From assembly GCA_043827405.1 (NCBI GenBank), contig JBDRPD010000024.1, forward strand, positions 1 through 49,892: a DNA stretch of 49,892 nt, written 5' to 3'. The translations under genes were made by a program, and so were the position numbers. Position 1 is the first letter of the stretch. Each line of letters opens with the position of its first letter. This stretch comes from Elusimicrobiota bacterium. Lineage in GTDB: Bacteria > Elusimicrobiota > Elusimicrobia > UBA1565. Of the stretch, positions 25,772 to 35,920 are shown one piece after another. The notes below the pieces were generated by a model. It searched no databases. It was not told where the DNA came from and saw only the letters and a program-made list of their open reading frames with translations.

Positions 25772-26887
25772 TTAGACCGCCTGCGCAGCGGCGGCTTCCT
25801 CGACGAGGTCCGCCAGCGCGGCGGCGCTGTGCGCGGCCGCGGGGATGGTGAGCCGGTCATAGGACGCCGCCATCGCGGCGAGGGTTTCGCGGCCGTCCAG
25901 CAGCCCGGCGAGCAAGGCGGTGAGAGCGTCGGTGCCCAGTGCGCTCTCTTCCAGCACCTCGGCCGCCCCGGCCTGCGCCAGGACCCGGGCGTTGACCGTC
26001 TGGTGTCCGGCCGCCGCGTGGGGATAGGGCACCAAAACCACGGGCTTGCGCTGGGCGGCCAGCTCGGAGAGCGTGCTGGCGCCCGAGCGCGAGATGACGA
26101 GATCGGCGGCGGCATAGGCCGGCGCCATATCCTGAGCGTAAGCCAGCACCGTCCACTTCAGCTCCCCGGCGCCGCGGCGATAGTCCTGCAAAACGGATTG
26201 CTCGTCGCGCAAGCCCGTCAGGTGCACGACCTGCAGCCCGCCGGGCTGCCGGCGGGCGCACTCACGCAGGGCGGACGGGACGAAGCGGTTGATGGCGCTG
26301 GCGCCCTGCGAGCCGCCGAACACCAGCACCGTGCGGCGGTGCGGATCGAGTCCGAGGCTTTCGCGTGCGGCTCCGGGCTCGCCCCCGGCGTAGAGCTCTT
26401 CGCGCACGGGAGTTCCGGTCAGCACGCTGCGCGTCGCTCCGGCGCCGCCGCACAAGGGCAGGCCGAGGGCGAGCGCGTAGGCGCCGCCGGCGCATAAGCG
26501 GTTCGCCAGGCCGAGCAGGGCGTTCGACTCATGCAGTACGTAGGGTATCCTGGACCGGCGCGCCGCGAACGCGATGGGAAAAGTTAGGTAGCCCCCCATG
26601 CCGACGACGGCCTGGGGGGCGTAGCTGCGCAGGATATTGCGCGCGGCCAGCAGGCTGCGCAGCAGCATCCAGGGGAAGGTGAACCAGCGCGCGCTTAGCC
26701 CTCGGGGCATGCCGCGAAGCTCCAGTTCGGCGGACGGCAGGTCTTCCGCCTCGAGCCGTCCGGCGGCGGGATCATCGGTGCGCAGCACGAACAGCGTCTG
26801 GTGGCCGCGCGCGCGCAGCACCTTGCCCAGCGCATAACCGGGATAGAAGTGCCCGCCCGTGCCGCCGCAAACGATGACGAATCTCAT
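25772..26887 (-). CDS. murG: Lipid II GlcNAc transferase MurG
   Basis: GGTGGH, GMGGY, HESNA, GGSQGA, RSGAST; true start MRFVIV overlaps the ftsW stop. Confidence 0.96.
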   Translation of the reverse strand: MRFVIVCGGTGGHFYPGYALGKVLRARGHQTLFVLRTDDPAAGRLEAEDLPSAELELRGMPRGLSARWFTFPWMLLRSLLAARNILRSYAPQAVVGMGGYLTFPIAFAARRSRIPYVLHESNALLGLANRLCAGGAYALALGLPLCGGAGATRSVLTGTPVREELYAGGEPGAARESLGLDPHRRTVLVFGGSQGASAINRFVPSALRECARRQPGGLQVVHLTGLRDEQSVLQDYRRGAGELKWTVLAYAQDMAPAYAAADLVISRSGASTLSELAAQRKPVVLVPYPHAAAGHQTVNARVLAQAGAAEVLEESALGTDALTALLAGLLDGRETLAAMAASYDRLTIPAAAHSAAALADLVEEAAAAQAV

Positions 26888-28065
26888 CGGGCGCGGACAA
26901 GGCCGGCGCTGCCGGCCGGCCGCGTTCGCCCGCCGCGCGGCGCGGAGAGGGAGCGCCCGCGCTGCCGTTCCGTGGAGTAGCGTGAGATGTTGAGCAGTAT
27001 GCCGACGGCCGTCAGTACGGTCAGCATCGAAGAGCCGCCATAGGAAAAGAACGGCAGCGGGACGCCCTTGGTCGGCAGCAGGCCGATCGACATGGAGATA
27101 TTGAAGAACGCCTGCAGGCAGATCAGAAATGTCAGGCCGGCGGCGAGAATCGTGCCGAACAGATCCGGAGCATTGCGCGCGATGCGGATTCCGCGCAGCA
27201 GGAACCACAGGAACAGCCCCAGGAGCGCCAGCGCGCCCAGCAGGCCGACCTCTTCGCAGATGACCGGGAAAATGAAATCCGTATGGGGCGCCGGCAGATA
27301 CATCAGCTTGAGCTGCGAGTCGCCCAGACCCTTGCCCAGCCAGCCTCCGGAGCCGACCGCCATCAGCGCCTGCGACAGCTGATAGCCCGTGCCCTGCGCG
27401 CTCTGAAACGGCGTGAGGAAGCTGAGCAGGCGTTCGCGGCGATAGTCGTAGCGCAGGATCTCAAAGAGCACCACGGGGACCGCCAGACACAGCGTCGTCG
27501 CGATATGCTTGAATCGCGTTCCGCCGATGTAGAGCATCAGGATTCCGCTCATAAAGATCAGGATCGGGGTTCCGAGGTCCGGCTCGAGCCCGATCAGCAT
27601 CAGGTTGACGCCCACGACCAGTCCCGGCACGATGAGCCCCTGCGTCAGCGAGACCACTTTGCTGCGCTTGCGGTCAAGATAGTCGGCCAGAAAGACGATT
27701 ATGGTCAGCTTGGCGAACTCCGCCGGCTGCAGCCCGAAGGAGCCGAAGCGGATCCACCGCCGGGCGCCGGCGATAGGAGCGCTGAGCAGGACCCCCGCCA
27801 GCGCGCAGAGCGTTAGGACCAGCAGCGGCCAGACCCATTCGCGCAGGCGGTGGTAGTCGACGCGGCTGACCCACGCCAGGGCGGCGAAGCCGAATATCGT
27901 CCAGATAAGCTGGCGCTTCAAATAGAACAGCGGGTCTCCGAAGTTCTGATCGGCGAGTATGGCGCTTGCCGAATACAGCATGACGAAGCCGAAGCTCACC
28001 AGGGCGAGAGTCAGGCTCAGAAAGGTGAAATCAATAGGCCGCAGGCGCCGCGTTATGCCGATCAC
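26884..28065 (-). CDS. ftsW: SEDS peptidoglycan polymerase FtsW
   Basis: GARRWI, QPAEFAK, YLPAPHTDFIF, LPFFSYGGSS. Confidence 0.96.
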   Translation of the reverse strand: MIGITRRLRPIDFTFLSLTLALVSFGFVMLYSASAILADQNFGDPLFYLKRQLIWTIFGFAALAWVSRVDYHRLREWVWPLLVLTLCALAGVLLSAPIAGARRWIRFGSFGLQPAEFAKLTIIVFLADYLDRKRSKVVSLTQGLIVPGLVVGVNLMLIGLEPDLGTPILIFMSGILMLYIGGTRFKHIATTLCLAVPVVLFEILRYDYRRERLLSFLTPFQSAQGTGYQLSQALMAVGSGGWLGKGLGDSQLKLMYLPAPHTDFIFPVICEEVGLLGALALLGLFLWFLLRGIRIARNAPDLFGTILAAGLTFLICLQAFFNISMSIGLLPTKGVPLPFFSYGGSSMLTVLTAVGILLNISRYSTERQRGRSLSAPRGGRTRPAGSAGLVRAR

Positions 28066-29591
28066 GCTCGTCCCCCATGCTTGCGGACCAGGTCCTTGAA
28101 GCAGCGGCCGCGTTCCTCGAAATCGGCGAACTGGTCAAAGGAAGCGCTGGCCGGCGACAGCAGCAGGATATCCCCTTTATGTCCGATCTTGTAGGCGACC
28201 TCGACCGCCGTCTGGAGGTTCACGCAGGGGAAGACGGGGCTGGCTCCCTGCAGGTCCTCTTCGATTTTGGCCGCGGCGCTGCCGATGGTCAGGACCGCCT
28301 TGGCATAGCGTTCGACCAGCTGGCGCAGCGGGCCGTAGCTCCCCCCCTTGTGCAGCCCGCCGAGAATCAGCAGCACCTTGCCCGCTTCCTTCTCGCTGAG
28401 GCTGCGCAGCGCCGCCAGCGTCGAGTCGACGTTGGTGGATTTTGAATCGTTGATGGCGCGCAGAATGCCGGACCGGCCGCAGTCCTCGATCCGGTGCTCG
28501 ACGCCCTTAAACGACTTAAATCCGCGCTGGATCGCCGCCGGCGCGATGCCGCGGGCCCGCGCCGCCAAGGCGACCGCCAAAGCGTTGTAGCGGTTATGCT
28601 CGCCCGGCAGCGGCGGGAAAGTGATCGTCTGCGCTTTCTTCTCTCCCGGCATGCGGCAGCGGATTTTCCCTTTCTCAATCCAGGCCGCGGTCCGGGTGGA
28701 GGCGGCGGCGCCGAAAAACAGGTTTCTGGCCCGCGAGCGGCGGGCGAGGTTGTACACAATGCCATCGTCGGCGTTGAAGACGCAGTGCTGCGAGCGGTCC
28801 TGATCGGCGAAGATGCGTGCCTTGGCGTCGATGTACTGCGGCATGCCGCCGTGGTGATCGATATGGTCGCGCGTGATGTTCAGGATGACCGCGACCGCCG
28901 GCCGCAGCCAGCGGCTGTCCTCCAGCTGATAGCTGGAGACCTCCAGGATCAAGGTATCGCTCTTCTTGACCTTGCCGGCCGCGCTCGACAGCGGTACGCC
29001 CATATTGCCGCAGACATGCACCCCGCGGCGCGCGGCGCGGCAGACCGCGGCCAGCAGGTGCACGACGGTGGTCTTGCCGTTGGTGCCGGTGACGGCGACG
29101 ATATTTTTCAGCGGACAGAACGACAGCGCTACCTCGAGCTCGCTGAAAACGGGGATGCCGGCCTCTTTAAGCTTGGCCAGCACGGGGGCATGCGAGGGGA
29201 TGCCGGGACTTTTTACCGCGAAATGGCACTTCAGGATGCGGTCGCTGTGTCCCTTGCCTTCCCACTGCACTCCGGCGGGAAGCTTGGCCGCCGCCGGGCG
29301 GAGCTCCTTATGGGGCCGCGTATCGCTGACCAGCACCTTGCAGCCCTTTTTATGCAGCAGGCGTGCGGCCGCCAGGCCCGAGCGCCCCATCCCCAGAACG
29401 CAGGCCCGCTTGTTGGCGAAAGCCTTGGGGCTGAAGTAGGTCGTCGGCAATACCGGCCCGCGCCGCTTACGCGGAGCGGCCGCTTTAAGCTTCTTCCCGG
29501 CGGCTTTTGCGGGCTTCTTGCGCGCGCTCTTCGCCGTCTTCCTGCCGGTCTTTTGCGCCGGCTTCTTGCGGGTCTTCTTCTTTCGCTTCAT
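28062..29591 (-). CDS. murD: MurD ligase with Lys-rich N-terminal extension
   Basis: GMGRSG, SPGI, TGTNGKTT, EVSSYQL, NDSKSTN, SPASASFDQF; start coupled to the mraY stop (TAATG). Confidence 0.96.
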   Translation of the reverse strand: MKRKKKTRKKPAQKTGRKTAKSARKKPAKAAGKKLKAAAPRKRRGPVLPTTYFSPKAFANKRACVLGMGRSGLAAARLLHKKGCKVLVSDTRPHKELRPAAAKLPAGVQWEGKGHSDRILKCHFAVKSPGIPSHAPVLAKLKEAGIPVFSELEVALSFCPLKNIVAVTGTNGKTTVVHLLAAVCRAARRGVHVCGNMGVPLSSAAGKVKKSDTLILEVSSYQLEDSRWLRPAVAVILNITRDHIDHHGGMPQYIDAKARIFADQDRSQHCVFNADDGIVYNLARRSRARNLFFGAAASTRTAAWIEKGKIRCRMPGEKKAQTITFPPLPGEHNRYNALAVALAARARGIAPAAIQRGFKSFKGVEHRIEDCGRSGILRAINDSKSTNVDSTLAALRSLSEKEAGKVLLILGGLHKGGSYGPLRQLVERYAKAVLTIGSAAAKIEEDLQGASPVFPCVNLQTAVEVAYKIGHKGDILLLSPASASFDQFADFEERGRCFKDLVRKHGGRA

Positions 29592-30676
29592 TAGCGGATC
29601 TTCAATGAGGCCAGCGTGCCCAGCGTCAGCATGATCCCGACGATCCAAAATCGGACGGTGACTTTCGGTTCAGCGATACCGCCTTCCTCAAAATGATGAT
29701 GCAGCGGCGCCATGCGAAAGACGCGCTTGCCGCCGCGCAGCTTGAACGACGCCATCTGCACGATCACCGACAGCGTTTCCACCAGGAAAACGCCCGCGAC
29801 GATAGGCAGCAGCAGCTCCTGCTTGACGCAGATCGCGACGGTGCCGATCACGCCGCCTAAAAACAGCGACGAAGTGTCTCCCATGAAGATCTCCGCCGGG
29901 TAGGCATTATACCAGAGAAAACCCAGGCAGGCTCCGATGAGCGCCGCCAGGAAAACGCTGATCTCTCCGGCGCCGGCGACCGGGATGATCTGCAGATAGG
30001 CCGCCAGCTTCACGTGGCCCGCGACATAGGCGAATACCCCATAGGCGACCGAGCTGAATATGATGGAGCCGGCGGCCAAGCCGTCCATGCCGTCGGTCAG
30101 GTTGACCGCGTTGGATGAGCCGACAATGATGAGCACGGCCAGGAAAAAGTAGAGCGGTCCCAGCTCGATGAAAGTCTGCTTCATGTACGGGATCAGCAGC
30201 GACGTCGCATGCGTATTGTTCGGCGCATACGCCGCGAGATATCCCACCACCACCAGCGCGGTTGCGATCTGCACCACAAACTTCATTCTTGACGAGGCGC
30301 CTCGCGGATCCTTGCGGATCAGTTTCAGATAGTCGTCCCAGAAGCCGATCCCGGTGAGCGCCACGGTAACAAAAAGGAGCAGCCAGGTGAATCGGATGTC
30401 GGGCCGCATCCATAGCAGCGCCGATATCACCACGGAGATAAAGATCAGCAGCCCGCCCATGGTCGGCGTGCCTTCCTTCGATAGGTGCGACCGGGGCCCG
30501 TCCTTGCGCTGCGACTGTCCGATCTTGTGCGCCCGCAGGTAGCTGATCAGGCGCGGTCCGAACAGGATGGAAAGCGCGAGCGCGGTGACTAAAGCGAAAC
30601 CCGCGCGCACGGTGATATAGCGGAATACGTTGAGCGGGCTCCATATCTCCTTTAACGTGAACAGGTAATACAGCAT
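29591..30676 (-). CDS. mraY: Phospho-MurNAc-pentapeptide transferase
   Basis: GTPTMGG, NAVNLTDGMDGL, FMGDT, MAPLHHHFE. Confidence 0.98.
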   Translation of the reverse strand: MLYYLFTLKEIWSPLNVFRYITVRAGFALVTALALSILFGPRLISYLRAHKIGQSQRKDGPRSHLSKEGTPTMGGLLIFISVVISALLWMRPDIRFTWLLLFVTVALTGIGFWDDYLKLIRKDPRGASSRMKFVVQIATALVVVGYLAAYAPNNTHATSLLIPYMKQTFIELGPLYFFLAVLIIVGSSNAVNLTDGMDGLAAGSIIFSSVAYGVFAYVAGHVKLAAYLQIIPVAGAGEISVFLAALIGACLGFLWYNAYPAEIFMGDTSSLFLGGVIGTVAICVKQELLLPIVAGVFLVETLSVIVQMASFKLRGGKRVFRMAPLHHHFEEGGIAEPKVTVRFWIVGIMLTLGTLASLKIR

Positions 30677-30679
30677 AGG

Positions 30680-32044
30680 CTACAGGGCCTCGCACAGCTC
30701 TTCCAGGCGCATCGCCCTGGAGGCTTTGAAGTATACCGCGGTATCGCCGTCGAGCGCCGCGCGCAGCGCAGCGGTGAGTTCCGCGGGCCGATCGGCGTGC
30801 GTCACGCTGGCGCCGCCGTGCTCGCTCAGCGCTTGGGCCGCGTGCTTCATCAGCGGTCCGATGAGGAATATCCCGGCCGTCGGTCGCTCGGCAAGCCAGC
30901 GGCCGAGCTCAGTATGCATCGCCGCGGCATCCGGACCCAGTTCCGCCATGTCGCCGAGGACCAGCAGCCGCTTTGCTTTAGCGGAAAGCTCAATAAAGGT
31001 CTCGATGCCCGCGCGCATAGAGGCCGGATTGGCGTTGTAGGTGTCCACCGTCAGTTCCGCGCCGGAGCCATGCTCCCGCCGGGCGAAGCGCAGCGGCGAG
31101 GGCTTGAATGCTTCCAGCCCGGCACGGATATCGTCGCTGTCGATGCCCAGCGCGCTGGCGGCGGCCGCCGCCGCCGCCGCGTTGATGCGGTGGATCGCGC
31201 CGAAGCCCTGCCCGCTCGCCGTTTGCACACAGCTGCCGTCGACGGACAGCCGGATGGTCCCGGACGGCGCCTCCGGCAGAACCCGTACCCTGGCGTCCGC
31301 GGCGGCGCCGTAGGTTACGGCGCGCGCTCCCAATTCCGACAGCAGGCGCCGCAGCAGGGGGTCGTCGATATTCAGCGCCACGGGAGCTCCGGCCGGCAGC
31401 TCCGCGATGAGTTCCGTTTTGGTCGCCAGGACCTTCTCGATGCTGCCAAAGAACTCCAAATGAGCCGGGCCGATATTGGTCAGCACGCCGACCGTCGGCC
31501 GGGCGATCCGGCACAGCTTGCGAATATCTCCCGTATGCGATGCGCCCATCTCGAATACGGCCGCACGATGCTCGTCTCGCAGCTCAAGGACCGACAGCGG
31601 CAGTCCGATCTCGTTGTTGAAATTGCCGGCGTTAGCGCATACCGGGCCGCGAACCTGGAGGATCGACGCCAGCATATCTTTGACCGAGGTCTTGCCGTTG
31701 GTGCCGGTTACGCCGACGACGGGAATGGAAAAGCGTCCGCGATGGAACGCGGCCAGGTCCCCTAAAGCCGTTAAGGTATCAGGCACCGTAAGGACATGCG
31801 GCGGCAGGCTCGACGGCAGCGCCGTGCCGGCGCGAACAATCCAGCCGCCCGCGGTTCGGGCCAGCTGCGCATCGAGGAAGTCATGCGCGTCGAAGCGCGC
31901 TCCCTTGAGCGCCCAGAAGACGTCGCCCGCCGCGGCCCGCCGGCTGTCGGTCGAAAAACAGGAAAACGCCGCCGCCGGGTCGCCGTGCGCCATGACGCCC
32001 TGCGTCGCTTGCGCGACCTGTCCCCAAGTCAGCCGCAAATCCAT
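30680..32044 (-). CDS. murF: MurF ligase
   Basis: TGTNGKTS, NFNNEIGLP, DTYNANPAS, LGDMAELG, KASR. Confidence 0.96.
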   Translation of the reverse strand: MDLRLTWGQVAQATQGVMAHGDPAAAFSCFSTDSRRAAAGDVFWALKGARFDAHDFLDAQLARTAGGWIVRAGTALPSSLPPHVLTVPDTLTALGDLAAFHRGRFSIPVVGVTGTNGKTSVKDMLASILQVRGPVCANAGNFNNEIGLPLSVLELRDEHRAAVFEMGASHTGDIRKLCRIARPTVGVLTNIGPAHLEFFGSIEKVLATKTELIAELPAGAPVALNIDDPLLRRLLSELGARAVTYGAAADARVRVLPEAPSGTIRLSVDGSCVQTASGQGFGAIHRINAAAAAAAASALGIDSDDIRAGLEAFKPSPLRFARREHGSGAELTVDTYNANPASMRAGIETFIELSAKAKRLLVLGDMAELGPDAAAMHTELGRWLAERPTAGIFLIGPLMKHAAQALSEHGGASVTHADRPAELTAALRAALDGDTAVYFKASRAMRLEELCEAL

Positions 32045-32061
32045 ACTCTCCCTAGCTTACG

Positions 32062-33588
32062 CTAGATTTTCCCGCTGTCTTTCAACGCCGTGCGCGCGAT
32101 TTCCGCATCGTCGAAGGTGATCGTACGGTCGCGCAAAATCTGCTTTTTTTCATGACCTTTTCCGGCGATGAGCACGATATCGCCCTGCTGCGCGAACCGC
32201 ATCGCTTCCAGAATGGCCTCTTCCCGATCCGGAACGATGCGGTAGTTCTCGCACCCTCTCTGCCGCAGGCCGTCCTCGATCTCGCGCAGGATGGCCATCG
32301 GATCCTCACCGCGCGGGTTGTCGCTCGTCGCTATGGCCAGGTCGCTTGCGGAGCAGGCCGCCACTCCCATGGGGCCGCGTTTCGAGGCGTCACGGTCGCC
32401 GCCGCAGCCGAACACGGTAATGATCTTGCGGTGCGGCAGGGCCCGCAGCGAGGCGAGAGTGGACTCCAAGGCGCTCTCGGTATGCGCGTAATCCACCAGC
32501 ACGCTGAAGCCTTGGCCGGCCCGCACCGGCTCCAGCCTTCCGGGTACGCTTTTGACGGAATCCAAGCCTTCGGCGATGGCGCGCGGTTCGACTCCGAGCT
32601 CCGCGGCACAGGCCGCAGCCGCCAGGGCGTTGCGGACATTATGCTCGCCCAGCAGGTGCAGCCTTACGGCCAAAACATCGTCTTTGCGCCGGATTCGAAA
32701 CATCGTCCCTTCGAGGCTGTAGGCGGCGCCTTCAGCGATATAATCGGATTCGGGCCCGAAACCGTAGCTCACGACGCTCAGTTCCGATATGCGGTGGCGG
32801 AGACGCTCATAGGTCTCGTCGTCACGATTGAGCACGGCGACGCGTGTTTCCTTGCGCGAGTCCGCCCGCTCCAGCAGCTCGAACAGCCGGGCTTTGGCGT
32901 CGAAGTACTGCTTCCGGGATTTGTGGAAATCCAGATGGTCGCTCTGCAGGTTGGTAAATACCGCGGCGTCGTAGTGGATCTCGTCGGCCCGCTTGGTCGC
33001 CAAAGCGTGCGAGGATATCTCCATGACGGCATGCGTCCCGCCGCCGTCGCGCATGCGCGCCAGCAGCCGCTGCAGATCGAGCGAAAACGGCGTCGTATTC
33101 GCGGCCGTTTCGATCCGGCGGTGGCGCAGGCGGTGCGAAACTGTTCCGATCACGCCCGGCACGCCTCCCGCCCGGCTGAAGATCGCTTCGAGGAAATAGG
33201 CCGTCGTCGTCTTGCCGTTGGTGCCGGTAATCCCCACGATGCGCATGTCGGCGGAGGGGTCGCGATAGAAATTGGCGGCGGCCCGTCCCATCGCGGTAAA
33301 GACATCCCGGACCTGCACCCAGGTAATGGAGCGAGCCAACGTTCCGGGACGGACCAGCGCGATAGGCGCCGGCGGCAGCTGCAGTTCGCTGAGTACGGCA
33401 ACGGCGCCTTTTTCAATCGCCTGACGCACATAACGGTTGCCGTCGGTGAGGGCGCCCGGCAGAGTAAAGAATACGGACTGCGGCTTGGCGAGGCGCGAAT
33501 CAAAGGTCATATGCAGGATTTCGCCGTCCTGCGGCCCGCTCACCGACAGTGGGCCGACGCCCTCCAGGACCTGCTCGAGCGGCATCAT
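32062..33588 (-). CDS. murE: MurE ligase (meso-DAP type)
   Basis: TGTNGKTT, DYAHT, GCGGDRD, DNPR, AGKGHE. Confidence 0.97.
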   Translation of the reverse strand: MMPLEQVLEGVGPLSVSGPQDGEILHMTFDSRLAKPQSVFFTLPGALTDGNRYVRQAIEKGAVAVLSELQLPPAPIALVRPGTLARSITWVQVRDVFTAMGRAAANFYRDPSADMRIVGITGTNGKTTTAYFLEAIFSRAGGVPGVIGTVSHRLRHRRIETAANTTPFSLDLQRLLARMRDGGGTHAVMEISSHALATKRADEIHYDAAVFTNLQSDHLDFHKSRKQYFDAKARLFELLERADSRKETRVAVLNRDDETYERLRHRISELSVVSYGFGPESDYIAEGAAYSLEGTMFRIRRKDDVLAVRLHLLGEHNVRNALAAAACAAELGVEPRAIAEGLDSVKSVPGRLEPVRAGQGFSVLVDYAHTESALESTLASLRALPHRKIITVFGCGGDRDASKRGPMGVAACSASDLAIATSDNPRGEDPMAILREIEDGLRQRGCENYRIVPDREEAILEAMRFAQQGDIVLIAGKGHEKKQILRDRTITFDDAEIARTALKDSGKI

Positions 33589-35330
33589 GCGGGGGCTCCC
33601 CCGTCCGCTCTGTCGAGCAGCGACGGAGGAGGAAGCTTCTTATGGGGCCGCGGCGCGGGCCGGGGCTTCTTTTCTCCCACGCTGAGCCGCAGCGGCAAGG
33701 GGCGCACGGGTTCGATCCCATGCAGGGCGAGGATGCTGCGCACGATCTTTTTGAACAACGGCGCGGCCACGATGGAGCCGTAATGCTCCTTCTGCGGGCT
33801 GTCGATGACGACCAGCAAGGTGTAGCGCGGATCCTCGGCGGGCACATAGCCGGCGAAGGACGAGACATAGTCCGTCTCCGAGTACAGCTTCGTCTTGGGG
33901 TCCACCTTCTGCGCCGTGCCGGTCTTGCCGGCGATGCGGTAGCCCGGGATCTGGGCGCTGACGCCGGTGCCGCTTTCGACGACGCCTTCCAGCATCGCCT
34001 GCAGCGCCCGCGCCGTTTCCGTTTTCACGACCCGGCGCACGACCACATTGCCCCGCGCGGCTTCACCCGAGTGGATGATCTGCGGCTCCAGTAGAGTCCC
34101 GCCGTTGGCGATGGCGGAGTAGGCCGTAACCAGCTGCAGCGGCGTTACCGCGACTCCCTGGCCGAAAGAAACATTGGCGAGACGAACCTGGTTGGCCCGC
34201 TTCGCCGGCATCATCAGACCCTTGTTTTCCGCCGGCAGCGGGATGCCGGTCTTGTAGCCGAAGCCGAACAGGCGGGAATAGCGGTCCATCCTTACCGAGC
34301 CCAGGCGCAGCCCGATTTTGGCCGAGCCGATATTGGACGAGTACTGGATGATCTCGCGCAGCGTCAGCCGCCCGAGCTTCTCGTGGTCTTTAATTCGGAT
34401 CTCTTCGGTGAGCTGCCATTTGCCGTTCTCACAGTCGATGCGCTCGTCCTTCTGTACCTCGCCCGACTCAACCGCCGCCGCCGCGGTGACGACCTTATAT
34501 GTCGAGCCGGGCTCATAGATGTCCTGCACGGCGCTGTTGTGGTAGGGGTCGGACGGATAGACGGCCATCGCCAGTATCTCGCCGTTGCGGGGATCCTGGA
34601 TCAGGACGCTGCCGCTCTTGGCCTTGTATTGCTGTACGGTTTCAGCCAGGGCCGCTTCCGCTATGAACTGCAGGTTGCGGTCGATGGTCAGCCGCAGGTC
34701 CGGGGGGCGCACCTGCTGCTGTTCCGGCTCATCCAGGATGGCGCGTCCCGAGCCGTCGCGGGTCAGCTGCCAGCGCATGGCCCGGCCGCTGAGCTTCCGG
34801 TCAAAGGCGAATTCGAGCCCGGCGCTCCCCCGGCCGTCGGCGCTGACCGCGCCCAACAGGGACCGGGCCAGATCTTCGTTGGGGTAAAACCGCTTTTCAT
34901 CGGCCACGATGCCCAGCGAGCGCATCTTCAGCGCCTTGAGCCGCGCCGACTCGTCGTAGCTCAATTTGCGCTTGAGCCATACGGTGCGGCGCGTGGATTT
35001 CATTTTGGCGGCTATCCGGCCGGCGTCCATACCCAATGCCTGCGCCAGACGCGCGATGCGCGGACCGGCCTTTTCCGTCGACTCGCTGAAGGCTTTTAGG
35101 TCGATAAAGCAGGACCATGCCGGCAGCGATTGCGCGAGAACGCGGCCTTCCCGATCGAGGATGCGCCCGCGCGGGATGATCTCAATAAGATGGCGCGCGG
35201 TCGATGACCGGACGCGCGATGACATATCCTTGTGCTGCAGTATCTGCAGGTGGACCAGACGGATCGAGATGGGCAGGAGCGGGAAAGCGCAGAGCAGCAG
35301 GCACAGCCGGAGGCGGGCCAGAGTCTGCAC
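33585..35330 (-). CDS. ftsI: Division transpeptidase FtsI/PBP3
   Basis: PRGRILDR, EPGSTYK (SxxK), SSN, KTGTAQK. Confidence 0.93.
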   Translation of the reverse strand: MQTLARLRLCLLLCAFPLLPISIRLVHLQILQHKDMSSRVRSSTARHLIEIIPRGRILDREGRVLAQSLPAWSCFIDLKAFSESTEKAGPRIARLAQALGMDAGRIAAKMKSTRRTVWLKRKLSYDESARLKALKMRSLGIVADEKRFYPNEDLARSLLGAVSADGRGSAGLEFAFDRKLSGRAMRWQLTRDGSGRAILDEPEQQQVRPPDLRLTIDRNLQFIAEAALAETVQQYKAKSGSVLIQDPRNGEILAMAVYPSDPYHNSAVQDIYEPGSTYKVVTAAAAVESGEVQKDERIDCENGKWQLTEEIRIKDHEKLGRLTLREIIQYSSNIGSAKIGLRLGSVRMDRYSRLFGFGYKTGIPLPAENKGLMMPAKRANQVRLANVSFGQGVAVTPLQLVTAYSAIANGGTLLEPQIIHSGEAARGNVVVRRVVKTETARALQAMLEGVVESGTGVSAQIPGYRIAGKTGTAQKVDPKTKLYSETDYVSSFAGYVPAEDPRYTLLVVIDSPQKEHYGSIVAAPLFKKIVRSILALHGIEPVRPLPLRLSVGEKKPRPAPRPHKKLPPPSLLDRADGGAPA

Positions 35331-35333
35331 GGG

Positions 35334-35687
35334 CTAGCGCCCGCTCAGCAACGCCACGATGCGCCCCAACGGCCGCGCCTTGGGCTCCGCCGCGGACGCG
35401 ATCCGCCCGCTTGGGCGCGGAACACGGCTGCCGATAAAGACCAGGCACTCGGGGCTGGGGGGCGCCATTCCCAGCCGCCGCCGCGCGCGGTCCGCCAGCT
35501 TTTCCGGGGTGATCAGGCGCTCCATTTCCAGACGCAGATAGGACGTCCGGTCGCGCAGCCGGCGCAGTTCCAGCTGCGAGCGGGTTATCTCATAGCCCAG
35601 CCGCGTCGCCTGCACCTGCTGCCACAAAAACAGCAGGGTCAGCGACATTCCAGCTGCGCAGAGTCCGAAGGTTCTCAAGTTGCTCAT
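35334..35687 (-). CDS. ftsL: Cell division protein FtsL
   Basis: TM helix, coiled coil and ARRRLGM; positioned between rsmH and ftsI. Alternative ATG at 35711. Confidence 0.75.
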   Translation of the reverse strand: MSNLRTFGLCAAGMSLTLLFLWQQVQATRLGYEITRSQLELRRLRDRTSYLRLEMERLITPEKLADRARRRLGMAPPSPECLVFIGSRVPRPSGRIASAAEPKARPLGRIVALLSGR

Positions 35688-35770
35688 TTTTAGAAAAGGA
35701 GGGAGGGGCATTGAGCCCCTCCCTGGAAAATCGGCGGGCACCCCGCCGAGTAGGTGCCCACCAGATCGGT

Positions 35771-35920
35771 TTAGCGCTCTTTGTACTTCCCCCCCTGAAG
35801 GAATACCCGCCGCCAGACATATCCGCGCATAGACGGGGAGGTCATGGGTTTTAAGCTGATTACTTGCTGCCTCATGTGGGGTAACTGCAACGATGACGAC
35901 TGAAGTCCTGAATTTTTCAT
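35771..35920 (-). CDS. Possible 49-aa ORF coupled to rsmH
   Basis: ATG overlaps the rsmH TGA (TGATG); MKNSGLQSSSLQLPHMRQQVISLKPMTSPSMRGYVWRRVFLQGGKYKER; no recognised motif. Confidence 0.3.
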   Translation of the reverse strand: MKNSGLQSSSLQLPHMRQQVISLKPMTSPSMRGYVWRRVFLQGGKYKER

